Shown: piece by piece, positions 53,678 through 64,000 of the stretch
Position numbering within the stretch: position 1 is the stretch's first letter
Layout of the letters: each line of letters starts with the position of its first letter
Source of the DNA: Antedon mediterranea
Taxonomy: Eukaryota > Animalia > Echinodermata
Length of the DNA: 64,000 bases
Direction of reading: 5' to 3'
NCBI RefSeq assembly: GCF_964355755.1
Contig: NC_092674.1
Span: 21,328,001-21,392,000 of the forward strand
Notes under the pieces: generated by a model
What the model was told of the DNA's origin: nothing
Databases searched by the model: none
The model's input: only the letters and a program-made list of their open reading frames with translations
Translations under genes and position numbers: made by a program

Positions 53678-56600
53678 AAATATTCATTGCCTCAGTATGG
53701 ACATTTTGTTTATTTTCTTGTAAATACCTTGGTTAATTCAGAGACTATTTTTAAGTTGCTGTGCGAGGATATATAAAATGTGTTTAGCCCGTGTCAAAAT
53801 ACCAACAATGGCTTCTACATCAGCGAATAAATTTGATCCGAGAAAGCCTTTTAACGGTCAAACTGACGATTGTAAAGGTTTTAACAAACCAATGATGCCG
53901 TCTACTTCAGCCTACAAAAAGACATTTCACTCTGCCTCAGGAATGAGCACCAGGGATTATGCCGTATTGATTGGTGTTGTGCCAAAGATTACCATAACTT
54001 CAACGAATCGGGTTTTTCTGTCTGAAAAACGCCATGTGGTGGCCCAACAATGGGGTGATGATGTTTATGTTTGCCTCAGAGAGTAATGGTGCCTTCAAAC
54101 CTGTACCTGTAGGTATTAATTTACCCGTTCTGCTGTGGCAAAAACTTTTTAACAATATCGATTTAATTCTCCAGTCACTGGACGACTTCAACATGGTGGA
54201 AGCAGCAAGAATCCCACTTTCGGACAAAATACATGTGGTAGGAAGTAGATGGAAAGAAGAACAGTTTCTGTGTATTCGCCGCTATTACCAGTCTGAAGAA
54301 GGAGGCAAGTTTAAACCCGGTAAAAAGGTGTAAACCTTCCAAAGAGGCAGTGGTACAAGTTAATTGAAAAACACGGTGAAGTTCAAAAGATGATTGAGGT
54401 TGACTATTCAGACAATAATACGGTTACTGTTGATGGTGGTGTTCACAAAAACGATAATGAAGGACGTTCAACAATGATGCGGAAGTGGTTAAAAACAGCT
54501 ACGAAGCATCAGTTACCCTATTGGACGGATTATCCACGTTACTCGGTATGAACGAATCATCGATTCCTCAAGGATCTAGTACGCACGGTTCTAGACCCGC
54601 TTACATTCAACAGCTCCATAAAGCAGTACATAAAAGGTAAACCGAACCCATGGGAACTAAAGATAAGGGCACGATGTGGGGTGTCAGGGTTTCCTTATGA
54701 CTGTGAGGTATACACCAAGGAAAGTCACAAGGTAGACAAATAATATGTAGGGCTACAAGCAGTATATTTGCGTACGTAGACGAGGTGGAGAGGGAATTTT
54801 TGTTGAAAATGGAACGGTTAACCAGAGAACTGTTTGTTTCTCAGGTTTTAAACAAGTGTTGGTTGCTAAGTACAGCGGCTTGTTATGTCTGTGAATTTGA
54901 TAGGTGCAATAAAAAAAACCATGATTTCTGTTGTATGAAATCTCTAGAAGAACAGATTTACTATTTGTATAGGGATGTTCTCGATAAAGAGTATGTTACA
55001 GACGATACCGTGTACAGTGAACTAAATATGCACGAGAAATATTCATTGCCTCAGTAATAAACGCCATTACAGAAATGGTTAAAAACAGCTACGAAGCATC
55101 AGTTACCCTATTGGACGGATTACCCATGTTACTCGGTATGAACGAAGCATCGATTCCTCAATTATCTAGTACGCACGGTTCTATGCCCGCTTACATTCAT
55201 CAGCTCCATAAAGCAGTAAATAAAACTTAAGGTAAACCGAACCCATGGGGACTAAAGATATGGGCACGATGTGGGGCGTCAGAGTTTCCTTATGACTGTG
55301 AGGTATACCAAGTCACAAGGTAGACAAATAATATGTAGGGCTACAAGCAGTATATTTGCGTACATAGACAAGGTGGAGAGGGAATTTTTATTGAAAATGG
55401 AACGGTTAACCAGAGAACTGTTTGTTTCTCAAGTTTTAAACAAGTGTTGGTTGCTAAGTACAGCGGCTTATTATGGCTGTGAATTTGATAGGTGCAGTCA
55501 AAAAGACCATGATTTCTGTTGTATGAAATCTCTAGAAGAACAGATTTACTATTTGTATAGGGATGTTCTCGATAAAGAGTATGTTACAGACGATACCGTG
55601 TACAGTGAACTAAATATGCACGAGAAATATTCATTGCCTCAGTAATAAACGCCATTACAGAAATGGTTAAAAACAGCTACGAAGCATCAGTTACCCTATT
55701 GGACGGATTTACCCATGTTACTCGGTATGAACGAAGCATCGATTCCTCAATTATCTAGTACGCACGGTTCTATGCCCGCTTACATTCATCAGCTCCATAA
55801 AGCAGTAAATAAAAGGTAAACCGAACCCATGGGGACTAAAGATATGGGCACGATGTGAGGGGCGTCAGAGTTTCCTTATGACTGTGAGGTATACCAAGTC
55901 ACAAGGTAGACAAATAATATGTAGGGCTACAAGCAGTATATTTGCGTACATAGACAAGGTGGAGAGGGAATTTTTATTGAAAATGGAACGGTTAACCAGA
56001 GAACTGTTTGTTTCTCAAGTTTTAAACAAGTGTTGGTTGCTAAGTACAGCGGCTTATTATGGCTGTGAATTTGATAGGTGCAGTCAAAAAGACCATGATT
56101 TCTGTTGTATGAAATCTCTAGAAGAACAGATTTACTATTTGTATAGGGATGTTCTCGATAAAGAGTATGTTACAGACGATACCGTGTACAGTGAACTAAA
56201 TATGCACGGGAATAGGCCTATTCATTGCCTCGGTATAGAGATTTTGTTTATTTTCTTGTAAATACCTTAATTAATTCAGAGACTATTTTTAAGTTGCTGT
56301 GCGAGGATATCTAAAATGTGTTTCACCCGTGTCAAAATACCAACGATGGCTTCTACATCAGCGAATATATTGGATCCGAGAAAGCCTTTTAATGGTCAAA
56401 CTGACGATTGTAAAGGTTTTAACAAACCAATGATGCCGTCAACTTCAGCCTACAAAAAGAAATTTCACTCTGCCTCAGGAATGAGCGCCAGGGATTATGC
56501 CGTATTGACCGATGTTGTGCCAAAGAACGAATCGGGTTTTTCTCTCTGAAAAACGCCATGTGGTGGCCCAACGATGGGGTGGTGATGTTTGTCTATACCT

Positions 56601-57993
56601 CAGAGAGTATTACCAAATGCAAGAAAATGGTGCCTTCAAACCTGGACCTCTAGGTATTAATTTACCCATTCTGCTGTGGCAAAAACGTTTTAACAATATC
56701 GATTTAATTCTCCAGTCACAGGATGACTTACAAAGAGACTTCAATATGGTGGAAGCAGCAAGTCGAATCCCAAAATACATGTGGTAGTAAGTAGATGGAA
56801 AGAAGAACAGTTTGTGTATTCACCGCTGTTACCAGTCTGAAGAAGGAGGCAAGTTTAAACTCGGTAAAAAAAGGTGTAAACCTTCCAAAAAGGCAGTGGT
56901 ACAAGTTAATTGAAAAACACAGTGAAGTTCAAAAGATGATTGAGGAGGTTGACTATTCAGACAATGATAATACGGTTACTGTTGATGGTGGTGTTGACGA
57001 AAACGATAATGGAGGACAATCACCAACGATTCTGAAGTGGTTCAGCGGCATTACAGAAGTGGTTAATGTAGAAAACAGCTACGAAACATCAGTTACCGTA
57101 TTGGACGGATTACCCACGTTACTCGGTTTGGACGAATCACCCACGTTACTCGGTTTGGACGAATCATCAATTCCTCAAGGATCCAGTACGCACGGTTCAA
57201 GACCTGCTTACATTCACCAGAGAGTACCGATTGTTTTTGTATATCGATTTAATCGGATCAAAAGGGTTAGAGACGCGAGCGTCCCTATTTTGAAAACGTT
57301 ACAAGCCAAAGAATCAAACATTAAGAAAAATGTCGGACATTCGTTCTCTAGTCTGCAATACAAACGAGTGGTAAAAAAAGATATCGATACCATCCGGGCA
57401 TGTGGGCCATCTGGACAAACAGGCCATTCTGCCTTTATAGCTACACCCTCTCATGTGTGATAAGTGTTAATGTGGAGTTTCAAAATTAAAACAAACAATT
57501 TTGTTAGCTTTATTTTGATACCAAACTTGTGGTGTGCAGCTGAATTAAATCTATAAAAATCACAATTTGTTGATTTAATATCTGCTTTACTTCGAGTATT
57601 TTACAGTTCTTAGTATTTTGTTATTCTTGGGTTTTGAGCCTACATATTATTTGTTTGATTTTAACCGTATTTTTGAAAAATTTGGTCACAAGCTTCTTAA
57701 CACACTTCAAGATACATGTATAGACCAGCTTTTATGAGGTACAGTAGGTGCTAAAATTATTATTTTTAAATTTAAGAATTTTCATTAAAACAAAAATTAG
57801 TCATAAGTTGTGGCGGAGTTGTTATAATTTTTGCTATACACTACAGTGGCTTTGAAAGTTCCATAAAATAAGGCCTAATTTGCCAAAATAAATTGGATTT
57901 ATGGTATCAGCATATTAAATTAAACATATATTTCTTTTAAATAATTTCCCCAAAAATATACATATTTTCATATTATTAAATATTATTTTAAAG

Positions 57994-59393
57994 GTCAGCG
58001 ATTGAGTGACAGCCTCACTGCTAATGCTTCAACCCAATACACTTTTTGGTGTAAGCAAGTCGTCCTTTGTTGATATGGATTTGTTTGAAACATGGTTTAA
58101 GAAATCTTTTATCAAAGAAATAGGATCCAAGCACCTGTTCTACTTGTCCTTGATGGTCATGCTTCACACATCAGTATCACAACAATAAAAACTGCTACTG
58201 TAGACAGAATGAAATTCATTATACTGTCTGCCACCACACACGACCAATCACCTCCAACCCCTGAACAAATGTGTATTTAAGTCTGTAAAAGCTCAGTACA
58301 ACAGATCTTGTGAGGCATTCCTGACAAAAAATCCGGGGAAAGTAATCACCTGATATGACTTTTGTGGAATCTTTTAGGAGGTCTTCTACAATTCATTTTC
58401 AATGTGAACGCATATGAACCCACTGTTATTGCTCCTCGGCCAGCCAGTGAACAATGAGCCCACCATGGAGCCTAGCACATCTAAGCAGACGGATCATGTA
58501 AACTTTCTGAAAGTGTAAATGCATCCCAATCTTCTGATAGCGTACAGGTAGGAATGTTTGACAATATCCTCAAAAGACCTAGTGTGGATAAAATATTCAA
58601 TGGCAAGAAGTCCAGAAGAATAACAAAACCACACTGCCTGACTTTCGATGAAATTCTAAAAGATCTTGAAGACAAGGAAAAATCTAAACAGAAAGAAGAA
58701 GCTGAAAATATACGAAAGAGGGAGGAACGGGTAGCCAAAAGGCAAGAAAAGGAAAAGAAGAGCAGGAAAAACGTGATAATAGAGAAGGCAAAACTGGAAA
58801 AGCAAAAAAAAAGGAAAAGCAAAAAATCTAAAAAAACAAATGAAAACCAAGAACCAACAGAACAACAACCTTCAGTTTATGTTACACAACAAAAGTGAAA
58901 AAAAAAAATCTGCAATGCAAATGGTGCTAGTTTTTTATGTACATTCATATACCGTATTTAAAATATAAGATACTTTTTATTAATCATTTATAGTGTTCCC
59001 ACCTCCTGATGAGATATTTTATATAGCCATTTTAGATATACTGATGTATATACTACACTGTATTGTAAACATTCTTATATGCATTGGTACTTTATTTACT
59101 ATAACCTTGAGTTTTCTAAATTCAAGAAAATAATGGGAAAAAAAAGAGAGTAATAATGTCAATGTATTTGTAATAATTATGATGAACGAATAAATGTGGT
59201 AGATTACACCACAAAAGAAAAAAAAAACCTGATTTTTGTGGACACTGTGATTGCTATTATTGGGACGATGAAGAGGGGGACGATGATAGGTGGCAATGCA
59301 AGGGATACACTATGTAAACTATGGTTTCATGAAACATGTACTGGCAAAAACACTGAACTCGCACAGTTTGTTTGCAATAACTGTTTAGACTAA
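57994..59393 (+). mobile_element. pogo/Fot1-like DDE transposase remnant with Lys/Glu-rich tail and PHD-like finger
   Basis: FVDMDLFETWF, PVLLVLDGHASH, YCLPPHTTNHLQPL..CVF motifs across frames; K/E-rich 58554-58898; CKLWFHETC...FVCNNC at the end. Confidence 0.8.
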
Positions 59394-59473
59394 ATTTGAT
59401 AAAGGACACTGGGACTGTATTTATTATTCATTTGTTAGAATATTTTTCTAGTTACACTAAAAAAATGCCTTAA

Positions 59474-61320
59474 GGTGGTAATCCCCTAATTAACATAATG
59501 AAATCATACAAAATGTTAAATTTTTGTTTTATAATACTTCTATACAATCTTTTCTGTTATAAAACAAAAAAATAGAATAAATTCTGTGATAAAATGGCTA
59601 AAAACGCTAATTGAACCTTTGAGTCCCCTTAGCAACGGTGAAAATGTCCTTAGCAATGCAAAATATGGTATTAAAATCCATAATCTTTCATTATTAATCA
59701 TTTAAAAAAAAATAATTATTTAAAAATTCTACAGTATTATTAGCAGAAATAGCCCTCTCAACATAGGGGAATCCCAAGCACATGTTACTGTTACACTGTA
59801 CCTTCATTTATAATCTGTGTTGTAATCGACAGACATCCTGCAAGTCTATTGTCAATAATTACTATTGTATATTGATAATAACTATCTATTCTTTGTATAC
59901 AAACTGAAATTATTTTTTAAAAGATGGGAAATTAGAGTGGTTCCAGTTTAAATGGCATTGTGACTGACATATCTATTGACACAGGGAAGTGCATGGATTA
60001 TGAAATCAAATCAAAGAAATGCAAAAAATGTGAAATATGGGGAAAACGTGATAAAACATCAACTGCGTATAAAAATTGGAAAGCAAATCATCAGTGTAGT
60101 ATGGATCACAAAGGTTCTTGTGGCTCAATGGTCGACATCTTTAAAAGATCGGTGGAAAAGCACATTCATTGGAGATGGGGACAGTGCATCATTTAAACAA
60201 TTGTGTGACTCTAAACCCTACCCTGGAAAGACTATCAGAAAAAAAGAGTGCGTTGGACACGTCCAGAAACGTGTTGGCTCTCTTCTCCGACAAAAGAGAA
60301 TTGACTATAAGAGAAAAAAATTTGCAGATGGGAAAGGGCTCTCTGGTTCCAAAGGCAGGTTGACGGATAAGACAATGAATCGCCTCCAGAACTATTATGG
60401 CATTGCCGTCCGGCAGAACAAGGGTAACCTAGAAGGTATAAAAAAGGCGGCGCTAGCAGTGCTATATCATTGTGCATCAACAGATATCAACCCCCAACAT
60501 CAGCATTGCTCTGCTAGTTGGTGTGGATATGTGGACAAACCACAAGAGTATTAACATAAAAGGAAGTGGAATTGACAAGGCTGTAATGGATGTTATCAAA
60601 CCTGTTTTTGTTAGTCTGTCTGATGCAGCTCTACTTGGGCGGTGTTTAGATGCGTTTACTCAAAACCCCAATGAAAGTCTAAATGGCATGATTTGGAATC
60701 ATTGTCCAAAGGTAGTTTATTGTGGTAGGAAAATTTTAGAAATCAAATCAATCAAAAAAGGGTTCACTGATAAGGAGAAAGAAAAGGAAGGTGAAGTGTA
60801 TGGTACAGGAATGTTTTAGGCATCAAAACTTCCTCTAATCATCAGAAATTAATCGGGTAAATGTCATCCGTCATCTCAAATTTACATACGTAAACTTCTA
60901 ATCTATATGCTTTTAAAACAAATCACTTTTCACACACATTTCAAAGTTTGAACAACTACTGACATTCCTTCATTTTGTATTCTTTTTGTCTGAAATTTGC
61001 AACAGATATCCACAAACAATTGTTCTTTTCAATAAACTAACAATTGACTTATTACCTATTACCACTTCTAACATGGAATGGATAATTAGCATATTATGTA
61101 ATTACATTTGATCAAATTAAAATAATATTTTAGATTGTTACTAGTGTTCCTTTTTAGTTTATCCAATGCAGCTTATGAAGAGCTTTTCCAATGATACCAA
61201 ACAAAGGGTGTGGGACCTTGTTAAGCCAAAATATCGCTGCAGGAAATATTTACTAATTAAGCCGGATCGTTAATTAGCTAATTAGCATATGACCTGAAAT
61301 GACCCGAAAATGTCATTTCC
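59474..61320 (+). mobile_element. Kolobok-type DNA transposon remnant (Mutator-like GDGDS transposase)
   Basis: Left end TTAA|GGTGGTAATCCCC; motifs TGKCMDYEIKSKKCKKC, HKGSCGSM, FIGDGDS, KKECVGHVQKR, GRLTDK..NRLQNYYG.AVRQN, TQNPNESLN..IW..CPK. Right end not found. Confidence 0.8.
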
Positions 61321-61640
61321 GGATCATTGTTAGCGAAGTTGACCTTTCTTTGAACGAGAGATTGATTACTACTTCGACTATATACGTATTCATATACTGT
61401 AGGGCCATTATTGAAACATTACTGACTTATGGATCTGATCTGTTTCATAAAGACACGCCCGGTAAAATGGATATAGCAGACCCTACCCTAGCCGAAAGTG
61501 CGGTGAATGAACGGGCTTAATACATCGGTGGTAGTCGTTTTGTCAACTTGATTGAACCTACTGTATTCATTGCGATATATTTTTCCAAGATCGGATGATG
61601 CTCGACAGTGTAGATGTCAAAATTAAATTGCATCGAAGCA
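61320..61640 (+). pseudogene. Maverick/Polinton major capsid protein (PY/hexon) fragment
   Basis: SEVDLSLNERLI...YCRAIIETLLTYGSD.LFHKDTPGKMD, then HCDIFFQDRMMLDSVDVKIKLHRS, matching Polinton MCP motifs (YRAYIETLL.YG, LFYKDT.G, H.D.F.Q...L..VD..IKL.RS). Confidence 0.7.
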
Positions 61641-61974
61641 ATTAGAATTTACAAAAATCTATAATTGCTTCAACTACCAAAGAGAAATCGACTTAAGGAT
61701 TAAAGTGGAAAAATCTTGAAATTAAAATTACAAAATATATTTGCTTAATCTACAAAAAGAGAAACGGTATCGACTTTATAAACAAAATTGATTGCAAGAA
61801 ATTTTGATTAAAATCAAGTATAAAAATATTTACATTAAAACTACAAAATATATTTTGCTTAACCTACAAAAAGAGAAAGAAATTATAAAGGCAATTGAGT
61901 GCAAGAAAGTATAAACAATTAACTAAAATTGTATTTACATTAAAAGAGAGAAGAAATTTATTGCAATGATTCAC

Positions 61975-63960
61975 CAAACATAACCGTAAGGAACTGTGCG
62001 ATAATTTTCGACAATAATTTGTTTGTCAATGTCATACACGATTTGATAGTCTTTAGTTGATGTTTCACAGTTTCGTCGACTATCTTACGAGTTTTTGGTT
62101 TACGCGCTATACGATTCTTCTCAACTGACTTAATTGTATCAGGGCCTATACCCCTTACCATATTGGAGACGTGACCTTTACGTATCTCGTACCCAACTTC
62201 CACGGCTTTAGTGACCTCGATCGATGGCCAAGTGCCCGTAATTTTTACCAGATACCAGAATGATTGCAGGCGGATTGTTGAGAGTCTATGCATGTTCTAC
62301 AGAGAGCAAACATTAATTTACCATTTGATCTATAAGGCAAGACCGGATGGAATACCTGTGGACATATCGTTGCGATCAGTGATTTCAGGATGCCCTATCG
62401 GGTAGGTACTGTATTTATTAATATGGGTACAAGGACATATAATCGATGTAATGAATTTCTTCACCTGGTTTTTACCTTATAGAACAAAAAGCTGGCATTA
62501 GTCCTCCCACCCACCTTCGGGTGCCAGCGATTGTTTGATCCATTTCCAATCGTGTTCCAAAATACTTTTTTAGTTTGGAGATGCCAAGAGTTTTCGCTTT
62601 TTTTAGCTATCATAACCCTGGAAGTTGTGAGCGATACACATAATGTTGTCATTATATTTGTACTTTTTAAATACATAATACGAAAAATTAAGACACGTTT
62701 TCTGAAGAACGCATAAATTTGGTTTGTGCTCGCCAGTTTTTGCGTACATTCAAAATCGAAAAAGAACTATTTAGTGACAGACCTTTTTGGTCCTTCTGAT
62801 TCTTAAACTTTTTTTCAGTATGCTTAGAGGCTACAACCGGTTCCATGTAGCATTGATGATCGTATGAAACGAAAGTGCTACAAATTCTAAAAAAACGGTT
62901 TTGACAACTGTGATCTTTTTGAACGATCCTATTACAATTTTTTCACATACTGAAACTTGTTTAGAAACAGGAGATTTTTTGATTGGCAAAACATTGCTTA
63001 TGCTTAAAAAATCTATTGCACTCTTTACACCTACAGTATTTACAGATGTGTTAGTAGAGGGACAGTCAATGTGCTTACACAGTACGCATGTGAATTTTAC
63101 TGTACAATTGTGAGAATATTTAAGACACCTATCACAAAAATACACACACTTTAGAAATCCTGTTACAGTTGTTATAAGGTCGTAGTGATTGGTAATTTGG
63201 ATTGCATCTTTTTTAATTCGTCGATGCCACATGTCTACCCCCAAATCCCGATTCTCTAAGTAAAAGATGGGCGGCTATTTTTTGTTGACCCCTACTCTTC
63301 CTAACGTTATCCCATCTAGTAACATTGTTAATTTTGTCTTAGAGCGTGGAAATACCCGGAACAAGTGCGTGTGCACAGCAGATAGTTTCGTTATCATTAT
63401 TCTTAATCTTAATTACACTTTGAGAATTAAACAGTTTGTCGATACCGTTTCTATGATGACCCCACCCCTAGGCATTCTCATATGGAGAACGTTAAATTTA
63501 AAATTTGTTATTAATAAAAATATCCATTTTGGACTGAAGGACCTTCATAATGGCTGCGAAGATAACGTCAGCCGTCAGATGGTTCCTACGCCCAAAAGGA
63601 ATAGAGATAGGTGTATCCAGCCCTTCAGCCTGTATGACTATTCGAAGCATTTCGAAGACATGTACGTTAGTGCAAAGATTATCGACGAAATGCTCGAAAA
63701 GTCTATACAGATTGGGCAGGAACACCTTTAGCCTAAACTTAAATGTTCAACATTGAAAAATCGCTAATAGTAGCGTTGAATCGTTGGTTTACCCTATCAG
63801 CTAATCTGTTTATGGAGCAGAAATAAGAAAATCTACCTCGTCCAGATTCTTCGATTTCATCTTCGTCCACGACTTTTTCTTCTTCAACGATTCTTAGCCT
63901 TTTTATAGAACAATACATCCTTTTCCGTATTGCATCGGAACAGACTAGGGGGAAAAAGAG
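61975..63960 (-). pseudogene. Maverick/Polinton protein-primed DNA polymerase B, internally deleted and frameshifted
   Basis: LDTPISIPF...KVLQS, HYDLITTVTGFL..VYFCDRC, VLFFDFECTQ, GGRTNA, YIDY.SL.PY.NKYSTYPIGHP, TGTWPSIEVTKAVEVGYEI, and C-terminal TVPYGY. Confidence 0.85.
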
Positions 63961-64000
63961 TAAAACATGGATACAAGGATAAAAGGAAACTATATCCATC

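Larger units (their letters stand above)
47908..57220 (+). repeat. Modular tandem array (~9.3 kb) of four modules: P (piggyBac piece), A (Cys/His ORF), B (double-PC4 ORF), G (GC-rich ORF)
   Basis: P starts at 47908, 50628, 52002, 54611, 55201, 55790. A starts at ~48031, 49366, 50755, 53391, 54750, 55338, 55925. Full B at ~49753, 51144, 53778, 56316 and partial B at ~55060, 55649. G at 48458-49365 and 52118-53390. Confidence 0.93.

Noticed and set aside
57113-57166. 27-bp in-frame duplication (PTLLGLDES x2)
   Set aside because: Simple local slippage in one decayed copy; no evidence of function.
45995-57460. Teratorn-like piggyBac-virus fusion element
   Set aside because: The piggyBac is cut mid-transposase, no right TIR or herpesvirus genes are visible, and the junctions fit insertion followed by local duplication.

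Overview
AT-rich, intron-rich animal DNA; the repeat types suggest an invertebrate deuterostome such as an echinoderm, but that is inference. The left 40 kb holds four host genes reconstructed exon by exon. These are the 5' 11 exons of importin-5 (minus strand, runs off the left edge), a divergent 15-exon USP deubiquitinase (~1334 aa) with a variant RING finger inside its split catalytic domain, a two-exon galactose-3-O-sulfotransferase, and a 12-finger C2H2 gene. Introns and spacers carry many elements: an Academ-type transposon folded into a 3.8-kb palindrome, a 12 x 38-bp repeat made of an IPO5 exon/intron boundary, a Helentron/HINE, SINEs, an L2/CR1 LINE inside a Harbinger MITE, hAT and Kolobok-type relics, and foldback MITEs. 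The right ~20 kb (43.8-64 kb) has no recognisable host gene. It is a nested, mostly co-oriented pile of BEL/Pao, piggyBac, pogo, Kolobok and Maverick/Polinton (capsid + pPolB) relics. Inside it is the most unusual structure: a ~9.5-kb modular tandem array of a piggyBac fragment, a Cys/His ORF, a double-PC4 ssDNA-binding ORF and a GC-rich zinc-finger ORF. Family names come from motif recognition, not database searches.
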